64,000 nucleotides of DNA from Neoechinorhynchus agilis (lineage: Eukaryota > Animalia > Acanthocephala), in the NCBI GenBank assembly GCA_051530055.1, contig CM121341.1, forward strand, positions 16,532,784-16,596,783, given 5' to 3'. This document shows, one piece after another, positions 63,740 through 64,000 of the stretch. The translations under genes and the position numbers were made by a program. Position 1 is the first letter of the stretch. Each line of letters opens with the position of its first letter. Under the pieces are notes generated by a model. It saw nothing but the letters and a program-made list of their open reading frames with translations. It did not search any database and had not been told where the DNA came from.

Positions 63740-64000
63740 TAAAAGGAAATTTTCACTTTTATCTACAAATGTTATTTTTGTAGGATAAAAAGTAACCAAA
63801 TTTGTGATTTTGGTTTCCAATATTGATAATAAGTTCATTTTCAAATGTTTTCCATGCATTCATTTTACTTAAACTGTAATTTGCGGGTTTCATATTTTTC
63901 AACCGCGATTTTATCCATAAAATTGCGATGACAGTCGAAAAAGTACTTTATCGCATATTTTTTGACCATGAAGAATATGCATTTGTCTCAGTGTGATGAA

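Noticed and set aside
1-64000. CRISPR arrays, rRNA, tRNA, snRNA and telomeric repeats
   Set aside because: None seen. The sequence is eukaryotic, and its repeats are either coding tandem units or retroelement-derived.

Overview
This is eukaryotic nuclear DNA from a gene-dense invertebrate with short introns (mostly 45-60 bp GT-AG). A long-rod intermediate filament gene points to a non-chordate bilaterian; I cannot name the species. Bases 217-15813 hold one minus-strand gene for a ~5,000-aa protein with ~27 tandem 130-aa repeats; its frame breaks at 8.87-10.39 kb look like consensus errors. Recognisable genes are DHPS (with a 13-nt microexon), MRPS14, an intermediate filament protein, a TSSK-type kinase, prefoldin 3, a probable NDUFV3, an NHL-repeat protein, Rab8 and CCDC174, plus three uncharacterised genes. 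The rest is retroelement debris (Penelope-like, RTE, CR1/L2-like, CRE-like) and one hAT/Buster element with TIRs and TSD. The most striking pattern is 14 minimal type-I hammerhead ribozyme-like motifs from several sequence families. They show stem covariation, a compensatory U3:A8 core variant and self-complementary stem III tetramers, and most have AATAAA just downstream. Most sit in outward-facing inverted pairs, some reduced to 100-200 bp palindromes. All calls are by eye; no searches or folding programs were run.
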